The position numbers and the translations under genes are program-made. From the IMG/VR virus record IMGVR_UViG_3300035698_029580: a DNA stretch of 64,000 nt, one strand, 5' to 3'. Below the pieces are notes generated by a model. That model had not been told where the DNA came from. It worked only from the letters and a program-made list of their open reading frames with translations, and did not search any database. Position 1 is the first letter of the stretch. Each line of letters starts with the position of its first letter. Below are positions 28,498-37,250 of the stretch, one piece after another. This DNA is from a virus. Its lineage: Duplodnaviria > Caudoviricetes.

Positions 28498-28881
28498 TTA
28501 ATTATAATAAAATATTTGTTTTATGTCGGGAAATTTTTTATAAAGTTTACTAATTAAAGCATTAGGTGGTTCTCTATGTGCATTTACTCCGGTAACTGGT
28601 TTGACGACACTCAAATAACCTGTTACTGGATCAAATCTACCATTATATATATAATCACTATCTATGTTTGGGAATGCTTCTCTATGATGTTCTTTTCCTT
28701 TTTGTTCTTTAATAACATCTATTCTTCCATTTAAATATACCCACATATATCCCACATCTTTTCTGTCATAAGGATTTTGAATATTATGTACATTTCTTTT
28801 GTAACTTCTATGTCCTATCTCGAAATACATAGGTTGTTCTTCTAATTCTTGAGAATATATTATTCTTTTATACCAGTTCAT
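28498..28881 (-). CDS. MNWYK-leader protein, IGH/GRYD family
   Basis: YFEIGH, HREAF, YNGRFD, KLYKKFP. Confidence 0.8.
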   Translation of the reverse strand: MNWYKRIIYSQELEEQPMYFEIGHRSYKRNVHNIQNPYDRKDVGYMWVYLNGRIDVIKEQKGKEHHREAFPNIDSDYIYNGRFDPVTGYLSVVKPVTGVNAHREPPNALISKLYKKFPDIKQIFYYN

Positions 28882-28885
28882 AATG

Positions 28886-28915
28886 TTTATTAGTAATTTT
28901 TTGTTAAATATCCTT
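28886..28915 (-). promoter_or_regulatory. putative late promoter AAGGA-N19-AATAAA driving the MNWYK array
   Basis: Same architecture as sites at 44072, 48212, 55674, 57300, 59045; ATG lies 4 nt downstream. Confidence 0.55.
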
Positions 28916-28951
28916 CAAAATAGTCGATAAAACAATAGATAAGGAGATATT

Positions 28952-29314
28952 ATGATTGATTTTTTTATATGTTTAATAATAAGCGTTCTTGTTTCTTATG
29001 GTTCGGCAATAGCTTTAGTGGAAAAAGGCAATGAATATCCTATTCGTAAATATAAACTTTTGTTAAAATTATTTATACATGATCATATTAGTTGGAAATT
29101 CTGTCAAGTTTTAGATTGCAGTACCTGTAGTAGTTTTTGGAATTCTTTTTTTATTGACTGTATTTTATGTGTTTTTGTATTTTTGATATTTGGAAATTTT
29201 TATTTTTTCTGGCCCTTTAGTGGTTTTATTACTTTAGGTTTTACATGGTTTATTATCGAATTTTTAAATGCTATAGATAAAAAACAAGATATCAATATTT
29301 TTACAGAAAAATAA
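28952..29314 (+). CDS. membrane protein with CxxC (DUF1360-like)
   Basis: Hydrophobic helices, LDCSTCSSFW. Confidence 0.55.
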   Translation: MIDFFICLIISVLVSYGSAIALVEKGNEYPIRKYKLLLKLFIHDHISWKFCQVLDCSTCSSFWNSFFIDCILCVFVFLIFGNFYFFWPFSGFITLGFTWFIIEFLNAIDKKQDINIFTEK

Positions 29315-29379
29315 ATATTTTTAAAAAATAAATGATTTCTTGTTCAATATTTGAAATAAAGAATAGGAGATTGTTTATT

Positions 29380-30288
29380 ATGGCTATTAAATATCTGTTT
29401 TTTGTTTTTTTCTTATTGTTTATTGCTGGCTGCAAACCTGCCATTATACCTCATTTTTCACAAAGTGATTTTAACTTAGCAGAAGATATAACTACTGTCT
29501 CCACAAGTATTTCTGATACAACAGGTGGAATAAGAGACACTAATAATCAAATTAGAGAAAATGCTGTTTCAATTAGAAATTCTGCAGAAACAGTTTCAAC
29601 TGGACTTTTATCAGGAAGTAATCTTAACTCAGAAGTAGAAATAATAAAAAGTAAATCTGTAGATATTCTCTCTCATACGGATAATATTGCCAAATTAACA
29701 GGACAATTAGAATTAGCTCAGGGAAACCTACAGATATCTGTTGCTAAAGTTGATCAAATTAAAGAAAATAATAAAATATTACAAAAAGAAAAAGATGAAG
29801 TTATAAATGAAAATGAAAAATTAAAACAAGAAATACAAGCCACTCAGCAAAGAATGTTTAAGGTTACTACTTTTCTATTCCCTATTTGTGCTATAGGTAT
29901 AGGTTTGAGTGCTGCTCTTATATTTTTTAAACAAATTAAATTTGGTATAGCAGGAATTGTAGCATGTGGGACTACTATTGTGGTAGCCATTACCATTAGT
30001 AAAATGGCAGCTTATTTGGCTATAGCAGGTGCCATTATTTTATTATTAATTATGGGATTTATTGTATGGCATTTATTTGTCAACCGTAAGACAATCTTTG
30101 AATTAGTAGAGACTGTAGAGGTAGCAAAAGATAATATGTCTGAAGATGCTAAAACAAAAGTTTTTGGAGACAATAAGAACCCAGGGTTAGCAGATAAATT
30201 ACAGAGTCCAAATACAAAAACAGTAGTTAAAACAGAGAAAAAGAACATAGGAAATCTCTGGTCATATGCAAAAGGTAAAACACCTTAA
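29380..30288 (+). CDS. lipoprotein with coiled coil and C-terminal TM helices (spanin/holin-like)
   Basis: Lipobox FIAG-C after ATG 29380, long coiled coil, ~3 TM segments. Confidence 0.55.
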   Translation: MAIKYLFFVFFLLFIAGCKPAIIPHFSQSDFNLAEDITTVSTSISDTTGGIRDTNNQIRENAVSIRNSAETVSTGLLSGSNLNSEVEIIKSKSVDILSHTDNIAKLTGQLELAQGNLQISVAKVDQIKENNKILQKEKDEVINENEKLKQEIQATQQRMFKVTTFLFPICAIGIGLSAALIFFKQIKFGIAGIVACGTTIVVAITISKMAAYLAIAGAIILLLIMGFIVWHLFVNRKTIFELVETVEVAKDNMSEDAKTKVFGDNKNPGLADKLQSPNTKTVVKTEKKNIGNLWSYAKGKTP

Positions 30289-31059
30289 TTAGTCTCTTTT
30301 GTATGATGGAGGTAATGCATTTTTATGAGCAGATTTAGCTATTAATTCTTTTACCTTTTCTGTTGCTTCTTTAGAAACTTCATCTCGTAAACCCTTGAGA
30401 TAACGTAAGGTATTGTCTAAATCTTCATATGACAAACCTAATTCTTTTTCATCTGTTTGTCCTTTCCAAAGACCTGCACTGGGAACTTTTTCTATTATTT
30501 TAGAAGGTATATCAAGATATTTTGCCAATTGATAAATTTCTGTTTTGTAGTATTTTCCGATTGGTTCGATGTCAACTCCTCCATCACCAAATTTACTAAA
30601 ATAGCCGCATAAAATTTCTGATAGATTTCCTGTTCCTGCTACAAGAAATTTATATATTTCAGATTGGGCATACAAACATGTCATTCTTAATCTTGCTTTA
30701 ATATTTCCTATCTCTAATTTGGTCATTTTTATAGCTTTATTATATCCTTTTTCTTTGGTTGTTTTTATAAAATGACATTTTTTAAATTCATCTAATACAT
30801 TATTGAGTTGAATAATTGTATAATGTATATCTAACTTAGAAGCCACTAGTATAGCATCTTCTTTATCATTTAGATTAGAAAAACAAGGCATAATTAATGC
30901 CAATACTTTATCTTTTCCTACGGCTTCTTTAGCTAATGCTGCTACTACTGAACTATCAATACCTCCGCTTAAGCCAAGAACATAGCCTAAAGTTCCGGCA
31001 TTTTTACAATAATCTCTCATCCAAGAACTTATATTTTTTATTTCTTTTTGGTAGTCCAT
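30289..31059 (-). CDS. nadE: NH3-dependent NAD+ synthetase
   Basis: GLSGGIDSS, NIKARLRM, GYFSKFGDG, PSAGLW.GQTDE. Confidence 0.95.
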   Translation of the reverse strand: MDYQKEIKNISSWMRDYCKNAGTLGYVLGLSGGIDSSVVAALAKEAVGKDKVLALIMPCFSNLNDKEDAILVASKLDIHYTIIQLNNVLDEFKKCHFIKTTKEKGYNKAIKMTKLEIGNIKARLRMTCLYAQSEIYKFLVAGTGNLSEILCGYFSKFGDGGVDIEPIGKYYKTEIYQLAKYLDIPSKIIEKVPSAGLWKGQTDEKELGLSYEDLDNTLRYLKGLRDEVSKEATEKVKELIAKSAHKNALPPSYKRD

Positions 31060-31062
31060 TCT

Positions 31063-31731
31063 TTACTTCCTTATACACTTATAAATATCAGTTTTTTCTT
31101 TTCTAATTATTTCAATATCAAAATAATCAGACAGTAAATCTTTGTATTCTTGTTCATCTATCCACCTGAATTCTGTAGCATGAGGTTTATATCCTTCTCT
31201 TATTTGAACATGATGAACCATATCATTAATAAGATAACTAATTTCGACAAATTTATTATTATCTATATCATATTTTTTTATTTTTGGCTTTTCAGACGGT
31301 TTTGAGTTAAAGGTATTAAAAACAAAAATGCCTTCACTTTTAATTTTGTCAGATAACATAGAAACTATTTCGTTATTAAGCCAATAATTAATTGCTTGTC
31401 TACAGAAAGCAATATCAAATAGTTCCCGTAGTTGTTTTTTTTTCATCATACAAAAACTACCATAAACAGAATCAATAGACACTCGTATATCTCGTATTTT
31501 TTTTTGATTATAAAATTTAGATGGTATCATTCTTATTTCTTGGTTAATCATAAAACAATAAGAAGCACCCCGATTTAAAGCTTCTTGTGTGGCTGCTCCG
31601 TTGCCACAACAAATATCTAAAAATGATTTTCCTTTATAATCTCCTGCTAAATCCATCATTTTAAATAAATTGTCTGGATTAATATATTTTTGATATATTT
31701 TTTCATATTCTTCATAAGATGGATATCTCAT
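31063..31731 (-). CDS. class I SAM-dependent methyltransferase
   Basis: FLDICCGNG, FDIAFCRQAINYW, GIFVFN. Confidence 0.8.
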   Translation of the reverse strand: MRYPSYEEYEKIYQKYINPDNLFKMMDLAGDYKGKSFLDICCGNGAATQEALNRGASYCFMINQEIRMIPSKFYNQKKIRDIRVSIDSVYGSFCMMKKKQLRELFDIAFCRQAINYWLNNEIVSMLSDKIKSEGIFVFNTFNSKPSEKPKIKKYDIDNNKFVEISYLINDMVHHVQIREGYKPHATEFRWIDEQEYKDLLSDYFDIEIIRKEKTDIYKCIRK

Positions 31732-32903
31732 ATTAATAATTCTCCCTTTTCGTTATAGCTTAAAACACACCCATGTCCTTCTATATTAAAAGATGGGTTT
31801 TTCATATCATATCTATCACTGTCTTTGTCTGTTCCGGGAGTAGCGTATTTTAGTGTCGTTAAATCATTTCTTTGATGATGAAAATGTAGTATTTTTTTAA
31901 CGTTGTTAAATTGTCTAAAAATATAATGAAATAAAGGAGCGTTTAAAGAGGCTTTTTTAGTTGTCATACAAAAAACTTCTTTTTTATCATGTTTTACAGT
32001 ATCTACAAAAGCAATATCATCTATTTCATTTTTACCTCTTGTTGTGGTAACAAAACCGAAACATTCAGGTTGTCCAAATCTCAAAGCAGCAGAACCAAAA
32101 ATATATCCTTCATCTGTTTTTATAAAAGAATTTTTATTTTTTTCAATGATATTTTTTAGATCTTTTTCTGCTTTTTTCATAACATCATTTTTACAATTTT
32201 CTGGTCTCACGATAGTTTTGTAATATTTTTCATCTATTCTGTCTAATACCCATTTCATAATTTCATTATTATCGGGAAGAATGTGAATTCCCCTTTCTTT
32301 AGTAACGGCAAATCTTTGAGTAAGATTTTTAACATCATTAGCAAATACTGTTACTGCTTTAGATTCAAGAAGAACTCCATAAGCAGCTCTTATCAATTCT
32401 TTGGGGCTTACATTGGATAATAATTTAAATCCAAATAAATGAGTCTTAGGATTAACTTCTTTTACTTTGTCAATTACTCTAGGAGCAATAGTAAAATCAA
32501 TAGGAATAATATCTCCTGGTTTATAATTGTGGCTAGGAAATTTTCCTTCTATTTTTTTTGCGGGAATAAGATTAACTACAGCAGCACCAAGAATTACAGC
32601 GTCCATTTCTGGGGCAAGACTTAATACTTGTTGCATGTAATCTTCTAATCCTTTGTGGTGTTGTACACGACAATAAGGATTTAAAATACTATTTTCAAAT
32701 TTATCCCATGGTGGTTGTTTAGAGTCTTTTGAACAAAGATAAGTAATCTCTACTTCTCTATCAATAGATGCTGTTTTTTCACTCATTTTGACAAATTTTC
32801 CTGCCAAATCTGCCATTAATCCACCTTTAAAACGATTTGTCACCACCTTTACGTCATCGATTGGAGCCGCAACTGGTCCACCGCTAATAAGTATCTTCTT
32901 CAT
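31728..32903 (-). CDS. CoaB/Dfp-like ligase domain fused to possible class II aldolase-like domain
   Basis: ILISGGP..PIDDVKVVTNRFKG, GAAV, LFGFKL, FAND; C-terminal ASLNAPL..ILHFHH..GHG. Confidence 0.6.
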   Translation of the reverse strand: MKKILISGGPVAAPIDDVKVVTNRFKGGLMADLAGKFVKMSEKTASIDREVEITYLCSKDSKQPPWDKFENSILNPYCRVQHHKGLEDYMQQVLSLAPEMDAVILGAAVVNLIPAKKIEGKFPSHNYKPGDIIPIDFTIAPRVIDKVKEVNPKTHLFGFKLLSNVSPKELIRAAYGVLLESKAVTVFANDVKNLTQRFAVTKERGIHILPDNNEIMKWVLDRIDEKYYKTIVRPENCKNDVMKKAEKDLKNIIEKNKNSFIKTDEGYIFGSAALRFGQPECFGFVTTTRGKNEIDDIAFVDTVKHDKKEVFCMTTKKASLNAPLFHYIFRQFNNVKKILHFHHQRNDLTTLKYATPGTDKDSDRYDMKNPSFNIEGHGCVLSYNEKGELLI

Positions 32904-32959
32904 GGTTTTTACCTTTCCAATATATAAGGTTTCATTCCTTTTGCTTTTCTATCTTGAGG

Positions 32960-33334
32960 CTAACCAAGCCATAATGTTTTTCCTTTTGTATTTTCTAAAC
33001 GATGATAATAAGATGTTCCATATTCCAAGGGTACCAAGTTGTATTTTTGTAAAAGTTTTTTTTCTAAAGAACGAAATTCTTTACCATGATTATCATCATA
33101 GTAAACATGATATCTTATAAGGTGAGCTATTTCGTGTATCACATAAGCTATAAAATAGTGAATACCTCCTTGTTCATAAGTAGCTATGGGTATGGAAATA
33201 TATCTTGTCTCAAATCTAATCCTGCCACGTGTTTTTAAATTTTTAACTTTTATATTATATGGTTCTAGATTATATTTTTCACAATAAATTTTAATTAGTT
33301 TTTCTGCTATATTTTGCAATTTTTTAAGTGTCAT
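32960..33334 (-). CDS. SprT-like Zn metallopeptidase
   Basis: HEIAH...HGKEF. Confidence 0.75.
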   Translation of the reverse strand: MTLKKLQNIAEKLIKIYCEKYNLEPYNIKVKNLKTRGRIRFETRYISIPIATYEQGGIHYFIAYVIHEIAHLIRYHVYYDDNHGKEFRSLEKKLLQKYNLVPLEYGTSYYHRLENTKGKTLWLG

Positions 33335-33569
33335 TATTATATTTTTCTATTTCCTTATATCTATATATTGTTGGGTATTCTTTTATTATTCTAGCACTGA
33401 CTTTAACATTCATTTGCCAACAATCTCCTTCTTTATGTCTTCCTCCATCAGAAACTATTTTCTCTGCTTCTTCTATAGTTTCTACAAATCCTATAGGGTT
33501 ATATCCGTAAGCATCTCTATTTTCTAAATTATCTATCCAAGTTTTTTCAATTAAATAAATTTTATTCAT
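33324..33569 (-). CDS. hypothetical protein
   Basis: 81-aa ORF in minus-strand run. Confidence 0.6.
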   Translation of the reverse strand: MNKIYLIEKTWIDNLENRDAYGYNPIGFVETIEEAEKIVSDGGRHKEGDCWQMNVKVSARIIKEYPTIYRYKEIEKYNNDT

Positions 33570-33595
33570 TTTTGTGTTCTAACTCTTTTAGTATT

Positions 33596-33826
33596 TTAAG
33601 TATAATCTTTTGCTAAATTACAAATTATATGTCCTAACGTGGTCTTACCAGATCCCGGGGTCCCCCAGGTTATGATCCCTCTTTTATGTATTCCAACAGC
33701 ATTATATTCTTTCAAATTTTTCAGAAAACCAAAAACTTCAATATCGAAAAGATTAATAATATCATCATCATAATAGTAATTGTCCCAAGTATATTTTTCA
33801 TCAGGAATAACTTCGTCAAATAAACT
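33596..33826 (-). pseudogene. AAA+ ATPase gene fragment
   Basis: Startless frame ...NAVGIHKRGIITWGTPGSGKTTLGHII...stop (Walker A). Confidence 0.65.
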
Positions 33827-34032
33827 TCATCTATGAATTCTCTTATAAAATCTTCAGATAATTCTTGATTTCGAGTAATGAAATGCCAGTCTAATTCATC
33901 TTTAAATTCACGAATAAAATCTTCTGATAAAGTTGGAAATTCTTCAATTGCACAATTTAACTCTAATTTCTCAATTAATTTTTCAACTTCTTTTCTAACT
34001 GATTTTTTCATAATATTCTTTCCATTCTTCAA
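33721..34032 (-). pseudogene. truncated LSEDFIREF-repeat protein fused out of frame to the ATPase remnant
   Basis: Two LSEDFIREF repeats, then a tail read out of frame through the ATPase fragment. Confidence 0.55.
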
Positions 34033-34825
34033 GTGCTATTCTACTAACTTCTTTAACAATTGGTACAGGGTCCGAAAAATACAATCCTGAACAACTAAAA
34101 CTATTTGCTTCAAGTAAATGATATTGACCATCAGATTTACAAATATCTAAGGTATAAGCTCTATCTGGTTGCCAATCTGTTTTTGCTACTTCTTCCGCAA
34201 AATAAAATGCATCAATATTTATTTCTCTTTTTGAGTTTAATCTATCATTTTTTCTATATTGACTAAATGCTTCTATTTTTCTATCAACAATAAAACATCT
34301 CCATTCTACATCTATTTTTTTAGGGGGAGCAATAATAACAATAATTTGGTCTAAATCTTTTCCCGCATAGTTTCCAAATAATTCAAATTCTTTTTCTAAC
34401 CTATCATATTCAACAAGTTGTCCTGTGAATGTTTTTGCTCCAGAATTAGGGCGGATAAAAATACTTCCTTTTATTCCAAAATTATTAAAAATATATTCTC
34501 TTTGTCTTAATACTTCCATCATCGGAAGCATTATATAATTTTTATTTAATAAATATTTTGCCCAATAAGAGTAATAGACATTACAACAAAAATTTGCAAA
34601 ATTACAATAAACCCCCGGAACCCAAGTTTTTTGTCTTTGTAATTGTCTAGCAAGATTTAGGGAACCATAAAATACAACACAATCATCATTATTGAAGAAG
34701 TTATATTCTCCACTTTCAAATGGATGATATTTTGTGGTTTCCAGAACCATTCCTTGCTTTACAACTTCGTCCATTAAAGGTTGTAAGGAACTATCATATT
34801 CTTCTATTAACCACTTAACTTTCAT
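33995..34825 (-). CDS. ATP-grasp protein (DUF4343/R2K-like)
   Basis: FIRPNSGAKTFTG, EWRCFIV, YTLDI, LLEANSFSCSGLY. Confidence 0.8.
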   Translation of the reverse strand: MKVKWLIEEYDSSLQPLMDEVVKQGMVLETTKYHPFESGEYNFFNNDDCVVFYGSLNLARQLQRQKTWVPGVYCNFANFCCNVYYSYWAKYLLNKNYIMLPMMEVLRQREYIFNNFGIKGSIFIRPNSGAKTFTGQLVEYDRLEKEFELFGNYAGKDLDQIIVIIAPPKKIDVEWRCFIVDRKIEAFSQYRKNDRLNSKREINIDAFYFAEEVAKTDWQPDRAYTLDICKSDGQYHLLEANSFSCSGLYFSDPVPIVKEVSRIALEEWKEYYEKIS

Positions 34826-35100
34826 TCTTGGTTTTCTTTTTCACTCATCAATTCTTGAACAAAATCATCTAGCAATTGAATTGAGTCAAAATTAATTGCT
34901 AATAAATCTTCTTCGTTTATAACATTTACTGTGCCTTCTGAACAGAGAATTCTTGTATTATTAGGCAAAGTGATAGTTTCATTTAAACCAAAAATTTCAA
35001 CTTTTCTTTTTATTGTATATGGTTTGCTTCCTGTTGGTTTGTAAACAACAGATCCATCTGGTATGTTCCATGCACTCAGTATTAATTTGAAAGTTTCCAT
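34822..35100 (-). CDS. hypothetical protein
   Basis: 92-aa ORF. Confidence 0.6.
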   Translation of the reverse strand: METFKLILSAWNIPDGSVVYKPTGSKPYTIKRKVEIFGLNETITLPNNTRILCSEGTVNVINEEDLLAINFDSIQLLDDFVQELMSEKENQE

Positions 35101-35130
35101 ATTACTTGCCTTTCAACGAGTTTTTAAAAT

Positions 35131-36357
35131 CTAATTATCTAAAGGTTGGTTAAGGAACATCCATTTGGCTACCTTTATGGCTTCCTTGTCTCCACATTCT
35201 TTTCCGATATCATCAGAAAGTTTTACAACAGGAATAATTTTTCCATTTTGTTCTATGGAATAAAGTTTTATTACCATATTTAAAGCGGGACTATTAGGCA
35301 TATCATTTGTAAAATGAGTTCCTATTCCGAAAGAACATTTAATTTTTCCCTCACAATATTCTTTTATTTTAATAGCCTTTTCTACATTAAGGGCATCACT
35401 AAATACAATTGTTTTTGATAAAGGATCAATTCCTAATTTTTTATAATGAGATACCATCTTATCTGTGAATACAAATGGATTACCCGAATCTTGTCGAATT
35501 CCATCAAATAATTTTGCTAATCTCATATCGAAATTATTTAAAAAAGCATCGGTTCCGTAAGTGTCTGTGAGCATAATTCCTAATTCTGTGCCAAATACTT
35601 TTATCCAATTTTGCATTGCAAAATAATTTGCATTTCTTAGTCCTTCTAGTGCAGAACATCCTTGGATGAGTTCATGTCCCATTGTTCCGATTGCTTTTAA
35701 ATTATATATTCTGGCCAAATTTACATTGCTTGTTCCCCCAAAAGTACTTTGGGGATTTTTATATTGTGCAAATGTTTCTACAACTGTTTTTTGAACCCGA
35801 TAGCTTCGACGGCGACGAGTTCCGAAATCTGCAAATTTACATCCATTTTTTGTTAAAGCATCTATTTTTTCCCATGCCTTTTCTCTTTGTTCTTTTAAAA
35901 CTTTCATAGAATTATAGTCAGTACTTTCTTGAGTCTGAAAATACAATTCACTAATTATTGCCATAAGAGGAACTTCAAATAAAATTGTTTCTACCCATGG
36001 TCCAATTATTTTAAGCGAAAAATCTTTTCCCTCTTCAACTTCAATTTTTACTTGATGAGGTTTAAAACGAAAATTTTTCAAATACGCAACATAACCTTTC
36101 CCTAAATAAGGACAACTTTCCATTAAAAAATCTTCTTCATAATCTTGTAATTGTAATCTAGATAATTTACTAATTTCTTTTTTTAATCTTTGTATAAAGA
36201 TGGGATTAGCAAAATCATGTTTACCCCTATTAGTAAATCTATATTCAGCAATAGCATCAGGATACAGGTCTAGTACAAATTTCTGCATTGAAAATTTATA
36301 TAAGTCACTATCTAGCAAACTCTGAATTATTCTATTCGGTTGACTTATGAGCGACAT
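35131..36357 (-). CDS. pncB: nicotinate phosphoribosyltransferase
   Basis: LLDSDLYK, DFGTRRR, GTSNV, GTMGHE, GIRQDSG, FSDALN, FGIGT, NMVIK. Confidence 0.95.
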   Translation of the reverse strand: MSLISQPNRIIQSLLDSDLYKFSMQKFVLDLYPDAIAEYRFTNRGKHDFANPIFIQRLKKEISKLSRLQLQDYEEDFLMESCPYLGKGYVAYLKNFRFKPHQVKIEVEEGKDFSLKIIGPWVETILFEVPLMAIISELYFQTQESTDYNSMKVLKEQREKAWEKIDALTKNGCKFADFGTRRRRSYRVQKTVVETFAQYKNPQSTFGGTSNVNLARIYNLKAIGTMGHELIQGCSALEGLRNANYFAMQNWIKVFGTELGIMLTDTYGTDAFLNNFDMRLAKLFDGIRQDSGNPFVFTDKMVSHYKKLGIDPLSKTIVFSDALNVEKAIKIKEYCEGKIKCSFGIGTHFTNDMPNSPALNMVIKLYSIEQNGKIIPVVKLSDDIGKECGDKEAIKVAKWMFLNQPLDN

Positions 36358-37045
36358 TGCAAACTCCTTCTATTTCACTTATAACATTTGCCACATGTTT
36401 TATAATAAATCTATTTGATAAAGGCTTTAAACAACTCCATTCTATCACTTGTTCTTTTAATCTTCTAAGCAATAAATCACTGAACCAAGATGGTAAATAT
36501 TTGATTTCTAGGGTTAAATTATTTATCTCTTTGCTTCCCGTATATATTAAGGCTTGAAGTGCATTCATTACTAATGCTCCTCCAAAGCTATGAAGTTCTT
36601 TGCCTTTGTATACTGTTTTTGATGGAAATAAATCATTTAACATTAATTTTTTAATTTCTTTGGCCATTTCTTCATAATGATCTGGACCATTTACACGATT
36701 AGCAATAAATTTACGTTTTATCATCTTCATTATTTCTAATTGTATAGAAACTGGTGTATCATCTTTCATGAATTCAATAATTGAGTCCATTTTGCTATCA
36801 TCTATTATTGCTATATATTTTCGTATGACTGAACCAACAGATGTCACATAACCTTCTTTATTTATATTTATTTTTATAAAATTAAAAAGAAATTTTTCTA
36901 GTTCCAATTCTTGTTTTGTAGTAAATTCTGTTATTTCAGCCCAAAGTACCAATTTTTGGTATTTATTGCAAGCGGGATGGAATAATGCCATTTGTTCTAA
37001 AATCTCTGTATTTGTCATTTCTTCTATATTTGTCATTTTATCCAT
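36332..37045 (-). CDS. hypothetical protein
   Basis: 237-aa ORF with SD. Confidence 0.65.
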   Translation of the reverse strand: MDKMTNIEEMTNTEILEQMALFHPACNKYQKLVLWAEITEFTTKQELELEKFLFNFIKININKEGYVTSVGSVIRKYIAIIDDSKMDSIIEFMKDDTPVSIQLEIMKMIKRKFIANRVNGPDHYEEMAKEIKKLMLNDLFPSKTVYKGKELHSFGGALVMNALQALIYTGSKEINNLTLEIKYLPSWFSDLLLRRLKEQVIEWSCLKPLSNRFIIKHVANVISEIEGVCNVAHKSTE

Positions 37046-37135
37046 TCTTTATTCCTTTATTTACAAGGGTTTACGTATTTTACAGCCATTTCCTTCACTT
37101 TTTAATGCTTTTCTCTATATATATCTATAGAAGGA

Positions 37136-37150
37136 TATAATGCTGGAAAA
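37136..37150 (-). promoter_or_regulatory. TTTTCCAGCATTATA motif upstream of the minus-strand pncB/nadE run
   Basis: Third exact copy. Confidence 0.6.
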
Positions 37151-37250
37151 TTAGTAATTTAACTTATACGGCAATTCTTAGTTGTTGAAAAGTGAAAAAA
37201 ATTTTTTTATAATAATTTTGTATTAAATATTAAAGATTTCTGGAGTTCAA

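Noticed and set aside
33690-33706. Fourth copy of the CAGCATTATA motif
   Set aside because: Partial match, wrong orientation for neighbouring genes, and inside the AAA+ remnant coding frame.
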